64,000 nucleotides of DNA from an uncultured Candidatus Saccharibacteria bacterium (lineage in GTDB: Bacteria; Patescibacteriota; UBA1384; XYA2-FULL-43-10; 1-14-0-10-43-13), in NCBI GenBank assembly GCA_964543385.1, contig CAZIYE010000001.1:356933-420932 (forward strand), in the 5' to 3' direction. The position numbers were made by a program, and so were the translations under genes. Shown here in pieces: positions 1 through 9,038 of this stretch. A model generated the notes under the pieces. That model worked only from the letters and a program-made list of their open reading frames with translations. It did no database searches and had not been told where the DNA came from. Position 1 is the stretch's first letter, and each line of letters starts with the position of its first letter.

Positions 1-441
1 TAAATCAAGTTTTTCAGCTAGCTCAATATTATCAAGCGGCTTGAAATCAAATTTATTTGGCTCTCCCCATTTTCTATTAGTGGTATTATCCTTATCAGAT
101 TCACCGTCGATAACATCAGAAGCAGGTGGATTTGGAATAGCCAACATTACTTTTTTGTATTCTAGATTAGCTTTTTCTAGTTCTGGTTTGAGTTCCTTAA
201 CTTTCTCAGAAATAGTACTTGCTTCCTTGATAGAATCAATCTTCTGCTGACCATGAAACATTGCGATCTCTTTGGAAAGCTTATTCAGCTCACTCTGATT
301 GTCCTCTAGCTTGGAAATAAGATCACGTCTTCGCTGATCAAGATTAATTGCATCATCAATCAGAGCAGGCTCAGCCCCTTTTCTGGCTATCCTTTTCTTA
401 ATATCATCGGCATTTTCTCTGATGTACTTTATGTCTAGCAT
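1..441 (-). CDS. serS: seryl-tRNA synthetase, N-terminal part (gene continues beyond window start)
   Basis: Minus-strand translation from ATG at 441 gives MLDIKYIRENADDIKKRIARKG...RKWGEPNKFDFKPLDNIELAEKLDL, the classic SerRS N-terminal coiled-coil arm and start of the catalytic core; no stop within the window. Confidence 0.75.
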   Translation of the reverse strand, partial: MLDIKYIRENADDIKKRIARKGAEPALIDDAINLDQRRRDLISKLEDNQSELNKLSKEIAMFHGQQKIDSIKEASTISEKVKELKPELEKANLEYKKVMLAIPNPPASDVIDGESDKDNTTNRKWGEPNKFDFKPLDNIELAEKLDL

Positions 442-445
442 GGCT

Positions 446-2365
446 TTACTTTATTAGTTTATATTTTCCAGTCAAATCGTCAACCTTTGTCTTTTCACCG
501 TATAATAATACTCCCAGAAATTCAACATCCAAAAAATCTTTTTTAAGTGTTTTTTCTTCTACTATCTTGTCATTTGTTGTCTCTATCATCTCCCGTGTAA
601 ATTCAAACACCTCAATTCCATCTATTTTTGCCTTTTCGATCAAATCTCTCATATCATGGATGGATTTTGCCTCTCTAATCATAATTGCATGTTGGATATT
701 GAGATTTATCTCTTTGCTATCCTTGGTCATAATCTTGTCTTGTTTAAAAAGCGAACAATCAACTCTTCCGGCAAATGAGGCATTTAGATGAGCAACTGTA
801 TTCATCTGCTGCCATCTATTTAATCTAGATGCTTTATTTAAAACCACTGTAGCAACTTTTGTCACCTTTTCTTTTCCGACTCTAGATCCTACATTTATTT
901 CTGGTTTCATTAATGGGAATATCTGGGCTTCTCTTGTTGGTTTATCGGCTAGAAATGAAAATAATCTTTCAGAAAAGCCAAAGCCAGTTGTTGGTGGCAT
1001 CCCGTATTCAAGCGCCTCCACAAATTCACGATCGTGCATTTGAGCTTCAGTATCTCCCGCCTCGCGCATTCGAGCCTGCTCTTGAAAACGCTCATTTTGG
1101 TCTATAGGATCATTGAGCTCCGAATAGCCATTGCCCATTTCCGAACCTGCTAGAATAACTTGATAGCGCTCTACTAGCCGAGGATCATCCTCTTTTCTTT
1201 TTGCTAATGGAGAGACTTCTACAGGATGGTTAATTAGGAAAGCCGGCCCTGCAATAGTTTTTCTAATTTGCTTCCACAAACTGTCAATTAAACGACCACG
1301 TTTATCGCTTTGATCAAATTTAACTTTTAACTCTGACAATTTGCCCTTGAGCTCTACTTCTGTAGCTTCCAAGACATTTATATTTAATTTTTCCTTTATC
1401 GTCTCCGTATAGTCTATTTTTGGCCACTTCCCAGCAAGATCAATTTCGAAATCATTGATTTTGAATTTCAAAGTACCAAAAGATTCCTTAGATATATGCT
1501 GATATAGTTCTTGGACTAATTGCATTGAATCCTCATAGTTCGCATAGGCCCAGTAAAATTCCATTTGTGAATAGTCTTGGAGGTGCTCTCGAGATATACC
1601 CTCATTTCGAAACTGACGGCCTATCTCAAAAGTTTTTTCATATCCGCCCACCATTAATCTCTTCTGCCAAAGCTCGCCCATTGATATCCTTAAATAAACA
1701 TCTATATCGAGAGCATTATGGTGTGTAACAAACGGCTCAGCATCAGCACCTCCGGCTGTATTTTCAAGTGCAGGTGTTTCCACTTCTAGAAAACCTTTTC
1801 CAACCAAAAAGTTTCGCGTAGCTTGCCAAAATTTAGCTTTTTTGTAGAAAAGTTCTTTTACATCTTTGTTTAGCAACAGATCGAGATACCTCTTACGAAG
1901 CTTCATTTCCTCATCCTTCAAACCATACCACTGTTCTGGCATTGGACGGATAGCTTTTGTTAGAATTTTTGTTTCATGAGCTTCTACGGATAATTCACCT
2001 GCCTTAGTTATGAAAACCGGACCCTTTGCTTCAACGAAATCACCTACATCCATTAATGAAACCAATTCAAAATCTTCTGGCCTCACAAGATCAGCGCGAA
2101 AAACAAGCTGGACCTTACCTGATTCGTCCTCCAAGTCAGCGAATATTAATTTGCCATGGCCCCTCTTAGCCATCAAACGGCCAGCCGCAGTAACTTCATT
2201 CTTACTAGAGATCAATTTATCTTTTTCTTCGCGAAGATAAGCAATGGTAATATTGCGACCAGACTTTGATGGGAAGGGGTTGACTCCCAATACTCTGATT
2301 TCTTCAAGTTTCCGTAAACGGTTATCTATCAGATCTTTTTCAGTTGTTCCAAGTTCCTGCGTCAT
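446..2365 (-). CDS. lysS: lysyl-tRNA synthetase (class II) with ~150-aa C-terminal extension
   Basis: 639-aa ORF. N-terminal anticodon-binding domain and class II core motifs (FRNEGIS..., GGxGxGxDRLxM-like end ...QIFPLMKP), followed by an extra unrecognised C-terminal domain. Confidence 0.9.
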   Translation of the reverse strand: MTQELGTTEKDLIDNRLRKLEEIRVLGVNPFPSKSGRNITIAYLREEKDKLISSKNEVTAAGRLMAKRGHGKLIFADLEDESGKVQLVFRADLVRPEDFELVSLMDVGDFVEAKGPVFITKAGELSVEAHETKILTKAIRPMPEQWYGLKDEEMKLRKRYLDLLLNKDVKELFYKKAKFWQATRNFLVGKGFLEVETPALENTAGGADAEPFVTHHNALDIDVYLRISMGELWQKRLMVGGYEKTFEIGRQFRNEGISREHLQDYSQMEFYWAYANYEDSMQLVQELYQHISKESFGTLKFKINDFEIDLAGKWPKIDYTETIKEKLNINVLEATEVELKGKLSELKVKFDQSDKRGRLIDSLWKQIRKTIAGPAFLINHPVEVSPLAKRKEDDPRLVERYQVILAGSEMGNGYSELNDPIDQNERFQEQARMREAGDTEAQMHDREFVEALEYGMPPTTGFGFSERLFSFLADKPTREAQIFPLMKPEINVGSRVGKEKVTKVATVVLNKASRLNRWQQMNTVAHLNASFAGRVDCSLFKQDKIMTKDSKEINLNIQHAIMIREAKSIHDMRDLIEKAKIDGIEVFEFTREMIETTNDKIVEEKTLKKDFLDVEFLGVLLYGEKTKVDDLTGKYKLIK

Positions 2366-2446
2366 AATTGTGTTTGTTAGCCAATTTAATATTGTTTTTA
2401 CTCGCTCTAATTACATCCTTTTTATATCATAAACCCCAACAATTTA

Positions 2447-2475
2447 AAACAAAAGCCCGGTTATCCAGGCTTTTG
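2447..2475 (-). terminator. intrinsic terminator downstream of greA
   Basis: Hairpin caaaagcc(c)gg-ttat-cc(a)ggcttttg, followed on the minus strand by GTTTTAAATT. Confidence 0.5.
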
Positions 2476-2501
2476 CATATGAGACAACGATATAGATATT
2501 A

Positions 2502-2954
2502 TTAATTTACACCCAATATTGTACAAACAGATATGCCAGCCGGAGTTTTGACTTTGACTGACTCTCCCTTTTTGTGACCGATCAAAGCGGAACCTATTGG
2601 AGAATCAATAGAAATACGTCCTGAAATTGGATCAGCTTCATCAGTACCAACAATTTGATATTTCATCTTTTCCCCGTCATCTTCAATCTCGACAGTGCAA
2701 CCAACTTGTATGACTTCGCTTTTGCAGTTAGCTTTGATAATCTGGGCATTTTTAATTTTTTGCTCAGTCTCTTGCTCCTTGCCCATCAAGAAAGCTTGCT
2801 CGTTTTTGGCCTCATGGTATTCTGCATTTTCAGAAAGATCACCCATTTCGCGTGCTTCTTTAATCTTAAGGCTTACTTCCTTAAGCTTTATTTTAATCTC
2901 AACTAATTGTTTTTTGAGTTTCTCGAGCCCATCGGCGGTAATGTAGTTGCTCAT
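2502..2954 (-). CDS. greA: transcription elongation factor GreA
   Basis: 150 aa; N-terminal coiled coil and C-terminal FKBP-like domain (…SENAEYHEAKNEQAF…, …VKVKTPAG…). Confidence 0.9.
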   Translation of the reverse strand: MSNYITADGLEKLKKQLVEIKIKLKEVSLKIKEAREMGDLSENAEYHEAKNEQAFLMGKEQETEQKIKNAQIIKANCKSEVIQVGCTVEIEDDGEKMKYQIVGTDEADPISGRISIDSPIGSALIGHKKGESVKVKTPAGISVCTILGVN

Positions 2955-3094
2955 CTTTTACCTTCCTTAGAAAAAATTAAACACGGCTTATAGACGTGTG
3001 TTTCATTCCCTTAATTGCTTACTGTTTTCGCCCAAATCTTCTCAAATTTTGAGATATTTGTCAATAATTACTCAACCAAAAGCAGATTGAGCTT

Positions 3095-5056
3095 CTATTT
3101 TCGGGAAAAATAATAGCTCAATATATCCTTAGCTATAGGTGTAGCGATGGCAAAGCTTCCGCCGCCACCATCAACCAAGACTATTACAGCAATCTCTGGA
3201 TTTTCATAAGGAGCATAGCATTCAAACCATGCATGAGTTTTTTTGTTATTTAAAAACTGCGCTGTACCGGTTTTACCAGCTAGAGTTACCGGTAAATCAT
3301 TAAGATTATGAGCCGAACCAGACGGTTCTGTAATAGCCATTCTCATCCCCTTTGCAACTATTTCCAGAATATCCGGTCTAATAAAATTTTCACTCTCTAC
3401 TCTAGGACCAAATTCCTTGATGACTTTGCCATCAGTCGCAACGATCTTTTTTACTAATTGCGGCTGTAACAGCTTACCTTTATTTGCTATCGCAGCAGTC
3501 ACCCTCAACATTTGCAATGGAGTCACTAGAAGGTCACCTTGGCCTATAGAAACATGATAAGTATCACCAATGTACCAAGGCTCTTTCATAACTTTCTTCT
3601 TCCAAGGCGGATTGGGCAATAGGCCACTCGATTCTCCTGGTAGATCAATACCAGATGGCTGTCCAAGGCCAAATTTTTGCCAATATTCGTTAATTTTATC
3701 AATGCCTATACCTTTGACTCTGTCATAGCCACCGCCAATAGCATAAAAGAAAATATTATTAGATTCTGCAATTGCTCGCGTAACATCAGTTACTCCGTGA
3801 TCCCTATTGTCAGGAAAGATATAATCGCCAATTCTGATATCCGGCGGAGTGTCAAAAGACGTATTTTTCGTGATTACTCCCTCTTGAAGACCAGCTGATG
3901 CAAGAATTATCTTAGAAATTGATCCTGGGGGGTACACGCCTTTAATAGCCCTATTAAACATTGGACGGTTTTTATCTTCAATTAATTTCTTGTAATCATC
4001 ATTGGAAATTCCGGTGGCAAATAGATTATTATCATAGTCAGGAAATGAGACTAGTGATAAAACTCCACCGGTGTTAACGTCCATAACAATTGCCGTACCT
4101 CCACTCACCTCTGATCCAATCAAACGTGTAGCATTATCTATCCCTGCTCTGAGTATCTCCCCAACTTTTTGTTGCAAATCGAAATCAAGATTCAGCACTA
4201 TATCGTTTCCAGGAACAGGCTCTTTGTTTTCCTCTTTAACTAAAACTTTGACCGTGTTACCCTTCGAGTCAACCTCTATCTGTTCAACCCCATTTATACC
4301 CTTAAGAAACTTCTCATACTCATATTCCAAACCCGTTTTCCCGGTCTTGTCAGAGGGGTAATAGCCTGGAGTTTTTTTCATATCTTCTTCGGAAACTATC
4401 CCCGTATAGCCAAGTATATGAGCAAGACCATTGCCAATCTGGTACTCGCGGATCGGGGTCTTGGCTACAAAAATGCCAGGTATACCAGCGATATTCTCCT
4501 CTAACAAAAGCGCATCTTCATGAGAAATATTATTTTTGATTTCTACTCTATCGAGAGATAATAAACGATTTCTCTGCTCCCCGATTGTACCATTGCCTTG
4601 AATTGTTATTCTTAATTCATCAACCGATATCCCAGAAATTTCTGAGACTTTCTTATATACATTTTCTCTATCATCTCTATTCTTCGGTAAATCTGATGGA
4701 TAAACAGCTAGCGCAAATGATGGCCTATTCCTTGCCAGCCAATACCCATTTTTATCGCTGATTAGGCCCCTAGTAGATTCAAGAATCCTCGGCCTTATTC
4801 GATTACCCTCCGCAAGAATCTGATTAGCCTCACCTTCGAAAACTTGCAGAACAAATAATTTAAATATTAATACGCAAAAAATAAAAACTATTAAAACTTT
4901 TAAACTAAAATATGAGTGAGATGTAGTCTTGCTCTCAATCTTTCCGATAGGATCTATTGCTGTGTCTCCATAAGAATAGTTAAGATAGCCTTGCTTTTCA
5001 ACACGGCGCTTTCGACGGTCTCCGGCCAATTTTGAAAAGTTACCAAAAATATCCAT
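3095..5056 (-). CDS. mrdA: penicillin-binding protein 2 (elongasome transpeptidase)
   Basis: 653 aa; N-terminal TM anchor, SxxK (GSISK) and KTG (LAGKTGTAQ) motifs; adjacent to mreBCD. Confidence 0.8.
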   Translation of the reverse strand: MDIFGNFSKLAGDRRKRRVEKQGYLNYSYGDTAIDPIGKIESKTTSHSYFSLKVLIVFIFCVLIFKLFVLQVFEGEANQILAEGNRIRPRILESTRGLISDKNGYWLARNRPSFALAVYPSDLPKNRDDRENVYKKVSEISGISVDELRITIQGNGTIGEQRNRLLSLDRVEIKNNISHEDALLLEENIAGIPGIFVAKTPIREYQIGNGLAHILGYTGIVSEEDMKKTPGYYPSDKTGKTGLEYEYEKFLKGINGVEQIEVDSKGNTVKVLVKEENKEPVPGNDIVLNLDFDLQQKVGEILRAGIDNATRLIGSEVSGGTAIVMDVNTGGVLSLVSFPDYDNNLFATGISNDDYKKLIEDKNRPMFNRAIKGVYPPGSISKIILASAGLQEGVITKNTSFDTPPDIRIGDYIFPDNRDHGVTDVTRAIAESNNIFFYAIGGGYDRVKGIGIDKINEYWQKFGLGQPSGIDLPGESSGLLPNPPWKKKVMKEPWYIGDTYHVSIGQGDLLVTPLQMLRVTAAIANKGKLLQPQLVKKIVATDGKVIKEFGPRVESENFIRPDILEIVAKGMRMAITEPSGSAHNLNDLPVTLAGKTGTAQFLNNKKTHAWFECYAPYENPEIAVIVLVDGGGGSFAIATPIAKDILSYYFSRK

Positions 5057-5553
5057 TATATTTTTATTTCGAAAGATTTAAATCTTTTCCTTATCTTGAG
5101 ATAAAAGTAATATACGATAACTCCTACCATTGTATTAATAAAAACGAACCATGAAAAAGTTAGAAGTCCCTCATTATTCCAAGCTTTACTATAAATTAAT
5201 AATACCCCTTCAAAAATAAAGGTCGCGACCAGAAAGTACAGAGGAGATACAATTAGACTAGGCTCTGGTAAGTAGTATTTTCTGATGTAGCTAATAGCAG
5301 CTGGGATAAGAAAAAAATTAACCATAATTGGAAATAGAGGCAATGAAGAAAAGATGGAGAAGAAAAGAACCAAAGAAAGAGAAACGATTATGTAATCCTT
5401 TTTTGTTTTATCCACAAGAGTGAATATTATCATAAAAATAAATGACGTCAGTATAGTCGCACCGTAAACACCTAAAAAACTAAAAAAAGAAATATCCATG
5501 AAGGACAGAACGAAAGATAAAACTATCAAAAATAAATATTTTATATAAATCAT
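5056..5553 (-). CDS. mreD: rod shape-determining protein MreD (polytopic membrane protein)
   Basis: 165 aa, very hydrophobic with ~5 TM segments; position directly after mreC with a 4-nt overlap. Confidence 0.55.
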   Translation of the reverse strand: MIYIKYLFLIVLSFVLSFMDISFFSFLGVYGATILTSFIFMIIFTLVDKTKKDYIIVSLSLVLFFSIFSSLPLFPIMVNFFLIPAAISYIRKYYLPEPSLIVSPLYFLVATFIFEGVLLIYSKAWNNEGLLTFSWFVFINTMVGVIVYYFYLKIRKRFKSFEIKI

Positions 5554-6335
5554 TTTTTCTCGATAAACACTAATTCCAAGATAGATAAATCTATAATAGG
5601 CTCAACCCCAACGCTTTTAAAGATCCCGGAGGAATTTGACTGTATAGCACCAGCTTTACCAATTAAAATGCCTGCCTTCATTTTGCCGCCCAACCCAGAA
5701 GTGACTATATATTCCCCTACTTTGTAATCAGTATCAGATACTATATTTTCCATAAATAATCCATTTATTCCACCTTTCAATATTCCCTTTGCCCGACAGT
5801 CCTGGAGAGCAACCTGAATAATTGAATCCTTACTTGTTATCAATACTACTTTCGAATGAGTGTCCGAAACCTCTCTTATCTGACCAACTAAAACACCATT
5901 GTAAATAACTGCAGCTCCCTCTACTATGTCGTCCGCCTTCCCCTTGTCAACAATAAAATAATCCAGGAAAGAAGTAGGCTCACGCTCAATAATTTTGGCC
6001 GGAATTAAAGTTCCTTTCTCATTCTGATCCATAAAACCTAGCTCTTTCTTCAGGAGACGGTTTTCTATCTCTAACTCATTGATCCGACTTTTATCTACCT
6101 GAAGACCAATTATTTTGTCGGTAAGGACATTATTTTGATTTTTTAAATCAGATATATGGAATACAAATGAGATTTTTCTTCTCAGAGATTTTCCGAGACT
6201 GGAAAAGACATCCAGTCCGCCATCGGTCACATCGTAAGCTTCTGATCTAACAGAACTTTTGAATGATGGAGAAAAGCCGATCATTATTATCAAAGCGGCT
6301 ATTAGAAAAACAAAAAAGAAAAAGGCTCTTTTCAT
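5550..6335 (-). CDS. mreC: rod shape-determining protein MreC
   Basis: 261 aa; signal-anchor, coiled coil (…NELEIENRLLKKELGF…) then beta domain; follows mreB. Confidence 0.75.
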   Translation of the reverse strand: MKRAFFFFVFLIAALIIMIGFSPSFKSSVRSEAYDVTDGGLDVFSSLGKSLRRKISFVFHISDLKNQNNVLTDKIIGLQVDKSRINELEIENRLLKKELGFMDQNEKGTLIPAKIIEREPTSFLDYFIVDKGKADDIVEGAAVIYNGVLVGQIREVSDTHSKVVLITSKDSIIQVALQDCRAKGILKGGINGLFMENIVSDTDYKVGEYIVTSGLGGKMKAGILIGKAGAIQSNSSGIFKSVGVEPIIDLSILELVFIEKK

Positions 6336-6337
6336 GA

Positions 6338-7390
6338 TTATCTCTTAAATTCTTTTGGCAATAACACATTTGAAAGTAAATCAAGATCTTCCAATACCAT
6401 TCCGGCTCCCCTTACAACTGCTGTTAACGGATCATCAGCGATATGCACTTGTGTTTGAGTTTCGATAGCAATACGACGGTCAAGTCCTCGAAGTAATGCT
6501 CCACCACCTGATAAAACTATACCCCTGTCCATAATATCAGCAAGCAATTCTGGCGGAGTCTCTTCCATTGTGACCCTTATACTCTCCAAAATCTGATTAA
6601 GAGATTTTCTGGTCGCTTCACGAATTTGAGTATCATTGACTATAATTTCCTTTGGCAATCCAGAAACAAGATCCCTGCCTCTCATGGGGGCTTCGAGTTT
6701 CTCTTTCATTTCGATAGCAGACCCTACTTTAATTTTAATCTCCTCTGCTGTTCTTTCACCTAAAAGGAGGTTGAATTTGTCTCTGGCATATTGGATTATA
6801 TCTTCATTTAGCTCATCGCCAGCAATGCGTAGCGATCTAGAAGCCACTACTCCCCCAAGAGATATAACAGCTACCTCTGTAGTACCACCACCAATATCAA
6901 CAATCATACTGCCAGAAGCGTCCTGTATGGGCAATCTTGCACCAATTGCCGCGGCAATTGGCTCCTCTATCAAAAAAACCTCACGCGCACCGGCATTGAT
7001 TGCTCCCTCTTCGACAGCTCTTCTCTCTACTTCCGTCACGCTATGCGGAATTCCGATCACTACTCTGGGCCTAGGAATTAATGTAAATCTTTCTCTATGT
7101 ATTCTATCAAAGAAATATTTAAGCATCTGTTCAGTAATCTCAAAGTCCGAAATTACACCGTCAACAAGCGGTCTTACGGCTACTATATGCGCAGGAGTTC
7201 TACCTACCATTCTTTTAGCCTCTTCACCAACAGCCAAAATCTCCTTTGTCCGTTTATTTATCGCCACGACAGAAGGCTCCTTAATCACAATACCCTGGCC
7301 CTTAAGGTATACGAGCGTATTTGCAGTTCCAAGATCGATACCAATATCTTGCGAAAAACGATTTAAAATTTTACTGAAAGGATTTATCAC
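6338..7390 (-). CDS. mreB: actin-like rod shape protein MreB
   Basis: 350 aa; DIGTANT…, …DIGGGTTEVAV… actin-fold ATPase motifs. Confidence 0.9.
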   Translation of the reverse strand: MINPFSKILNRFSQDIGIDLGTANTLVYLKGQGIVIKEPSVVAINKRTKEILAVGEEAKRMVGRTPAHIVAVRPLVDGVISDFEITEQMLKYFFDRIHRERFTLIPRPRVVIGIPHSVTEVERRAVEEGAINAGAREVFLIEEPIAAAIGARLPIQDASGSMIVDIGGGTTEVAVISLGGVVASRSLRIAGDELNEDIIQYARDKFNLLLGERTAEEIKIKVGSAIEMKEKLEAPMRGRDLVSGLPKEIIVNDTQIREATRKSLNQILESIRVTMEETPPELLADIMDRGIVLSGGGALLRGLDRRIAIETQTQVHIADDPLTAVVRGAGMVLEDLDLLSNVLLPKEFKR

Positions 7391-7540
7391 AATAAGAGAT
7401 CCAAATTATATACTAACAAAAAACACCGATATTTTGGAAATGAACTACTGTTAGCTTCATCTCCAAATGTTCAGATTCATTTTTAGTCTAATTCAAATAA
7501 GCCTTATGGTCAAGCAGAGAACAACACCTCTTTTCAAAAA

Positions 7541-8509
7541 TTACATATAATTGTAGACATTTCTCTGATGTTCTGCAGAGTTGACAGCCGGATGAATCTT
7601 GCCATCAGTCCCATATAAGAAGAAAAAGTATTCACTAGGAGTTGGTGACAATGTTGCTTTAATACTGGCAATACCGGGATTGCAGATAGGTCCAATTGGC
7701 AAACCCTTCACCTGATAGGTATTATAACCAGAAATTACACTGGTGAATTCTGATGTTTTTGCCGACTTCCAGAAAGAGTACTCTTTCTGATCATCGACAC
7801 TAAGCTTGGCAAAATTATTTGTGTCTCGACCATATTCAACAGTTGGATCAGACTGTAATTTCATTCCTATTTTGATCCTGTTCTTATATATACCAGCGAT
7901 TAGGGCGCGGTCGGTATCATTAGCTGCTTCACGCTCAACTATCGAAGCGATGATCAGGTCGTCATCAGATAGGTTTAATCCATTGGTACGTTTCGAAAAA
8001 TCGTCAAACATCATTTTCACGATAGCCGATGCAGTCATCTTTGGTTCGAAATAGTAAGTGTCAGGAAAAAGCTTACCTTCGTAGGACTTTGCCGCGATTA
8101 GAAATTCGTTGTAATCAACAATTTTGTTCGCCTCAAGCTTGGCACCAATCTGTTCAGTCCTCCAGCCCTCTGGGATAGTAATTTTAACAACCTTAGTATT
8201 ACCAGAATCGATTATATTGATGATGTCCGACATTGAAGCATTAGCCGGTATTTCATAAAAACCAACTTTTGTTCTTTTGTTAAATATTTTGATTGCATAG
8301 ACATAAAGACTCTTATTTTTTATAAGGTTCTTTGTATACAGCAAGCTTGCCAAGTCTTTGCTAGTTTTGCCCTTTTCAATCTGAATAAGTGTATTTTCCC
8401 TAATGTCTCCGTTGGCTTTCGTATATTCTTTTTCAGCAAGAAATAACAATGACGCGATCGCCACAAAGACACAGAACAAAACAGCAAATATTATGTAAAT
8501 TACTTTCAT
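7541..8509 (-). CDS. mltG: endolytic murein transglycosylase MltG (YceG family)
   Basis: 322 aa; N-terminal TM anchor, YceG-like domain (…IPEGWRTEQIGAKLEA…, …KTYEGKLFPDTYYF…). Confidence 0.8.
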   Translation of the reverse strand: MKVIYIIFAVLFCVFVAIASLLFLAEKEYTKANGDIRENTLIQIEKGKTSKDLASLLYTKNLIKNKSLYVYAIKIFNKRTKVGFYEIPANASMSDIINIIDSGNTKVVKITIPEGWRTEQIGAKLEANKIVDYNEFLIAAKSYEGKLFPDTYYFEPKMTASAIVKMMFDDFSKRTNGLNLSDDDLIIASIVEREAANDTDRALIAGIYKNRIKIGMKLQSDPTVEYGRDTNNFAKLSVDDQKEYSFWKSAKTSEFTSVISGYNTYQVKGLPIGPICNPGIASIKATLSPTPSEYFFFLYGTDGKIHPAVNSAEHQRNVYNYM

Positions 8510-8961
8510 GAACTAATATCCGGTTTTATATATTGATCATTCTTCGAATGTTCAAGAAAACGTTCAAGGATGATTATTGCTGCCATCTCATCCACTTCGC
8601 CACTTTTTCTCTGCACTTTCTTATCATTAGAGATAAATAGGTTCTGTGCCTCTGATGAAGAAAAATTTTCTTCTTGAAAATAGATTGCTAGACTTGTGCT
8701 CCGTGAAAGTTCATCTGCAAATTTTCTGATCCTGCTATCCAATGTCCCGGCTTCTCCCTGAGATCTAGTTGGCAAACCAATTATTATGCCCGAATAATTT
8801 TCCTGTTCAACGATCTTTTTAATCTCTTCTAAAACAAAGGCATCTCCTTTGCTGGCGTCGATAACACCTAATCCCTTCGGGAAAATAGCACCCGAAGCTA
8901 AGCCAACTCTTTTCGTGCCGTAATCTATAGATAGATATTTATTGTATATTTTGTCTTCCAT
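8506..8961 (-). CDS. ruvX: Holliday-junction resolvase-like RNase YqgF/RuvX
   Basis: 151 aa; …LSIDYGTKRVGLASG… RNase H-like motif; 4-nt overlap with mltG. Confidence 0.8.
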   Translation of the reverse strand: MEDKIYNKYLSIDYGTKRVGLASGAIFPKGLGVIDASKGDAFVLEEIKKIVEQENYSGIIIGLPTRSQGEAGTLDSRIRKFADELSRSTSLAIYFQEENFSSSEAQNLFISNDKKVQRKSGEVDEMAAIIILERFLEHSKNDQYIKPDISS

Positions 8962-9038
8962 ATATAACTATTATATCATTTTGAGGGTCATCAAAAAAGA
9001 TCATCCTCCCTCTTGTCCTAAGAAATTGATGTTAGACC

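Noticed and set aside
6636-7454. 272-aa plus-strand ORF
   Set aside because: Lies entirely antisense to mreB; Ser/Thr/Ile-rich low-complexity translation typical of a shadow ORF.
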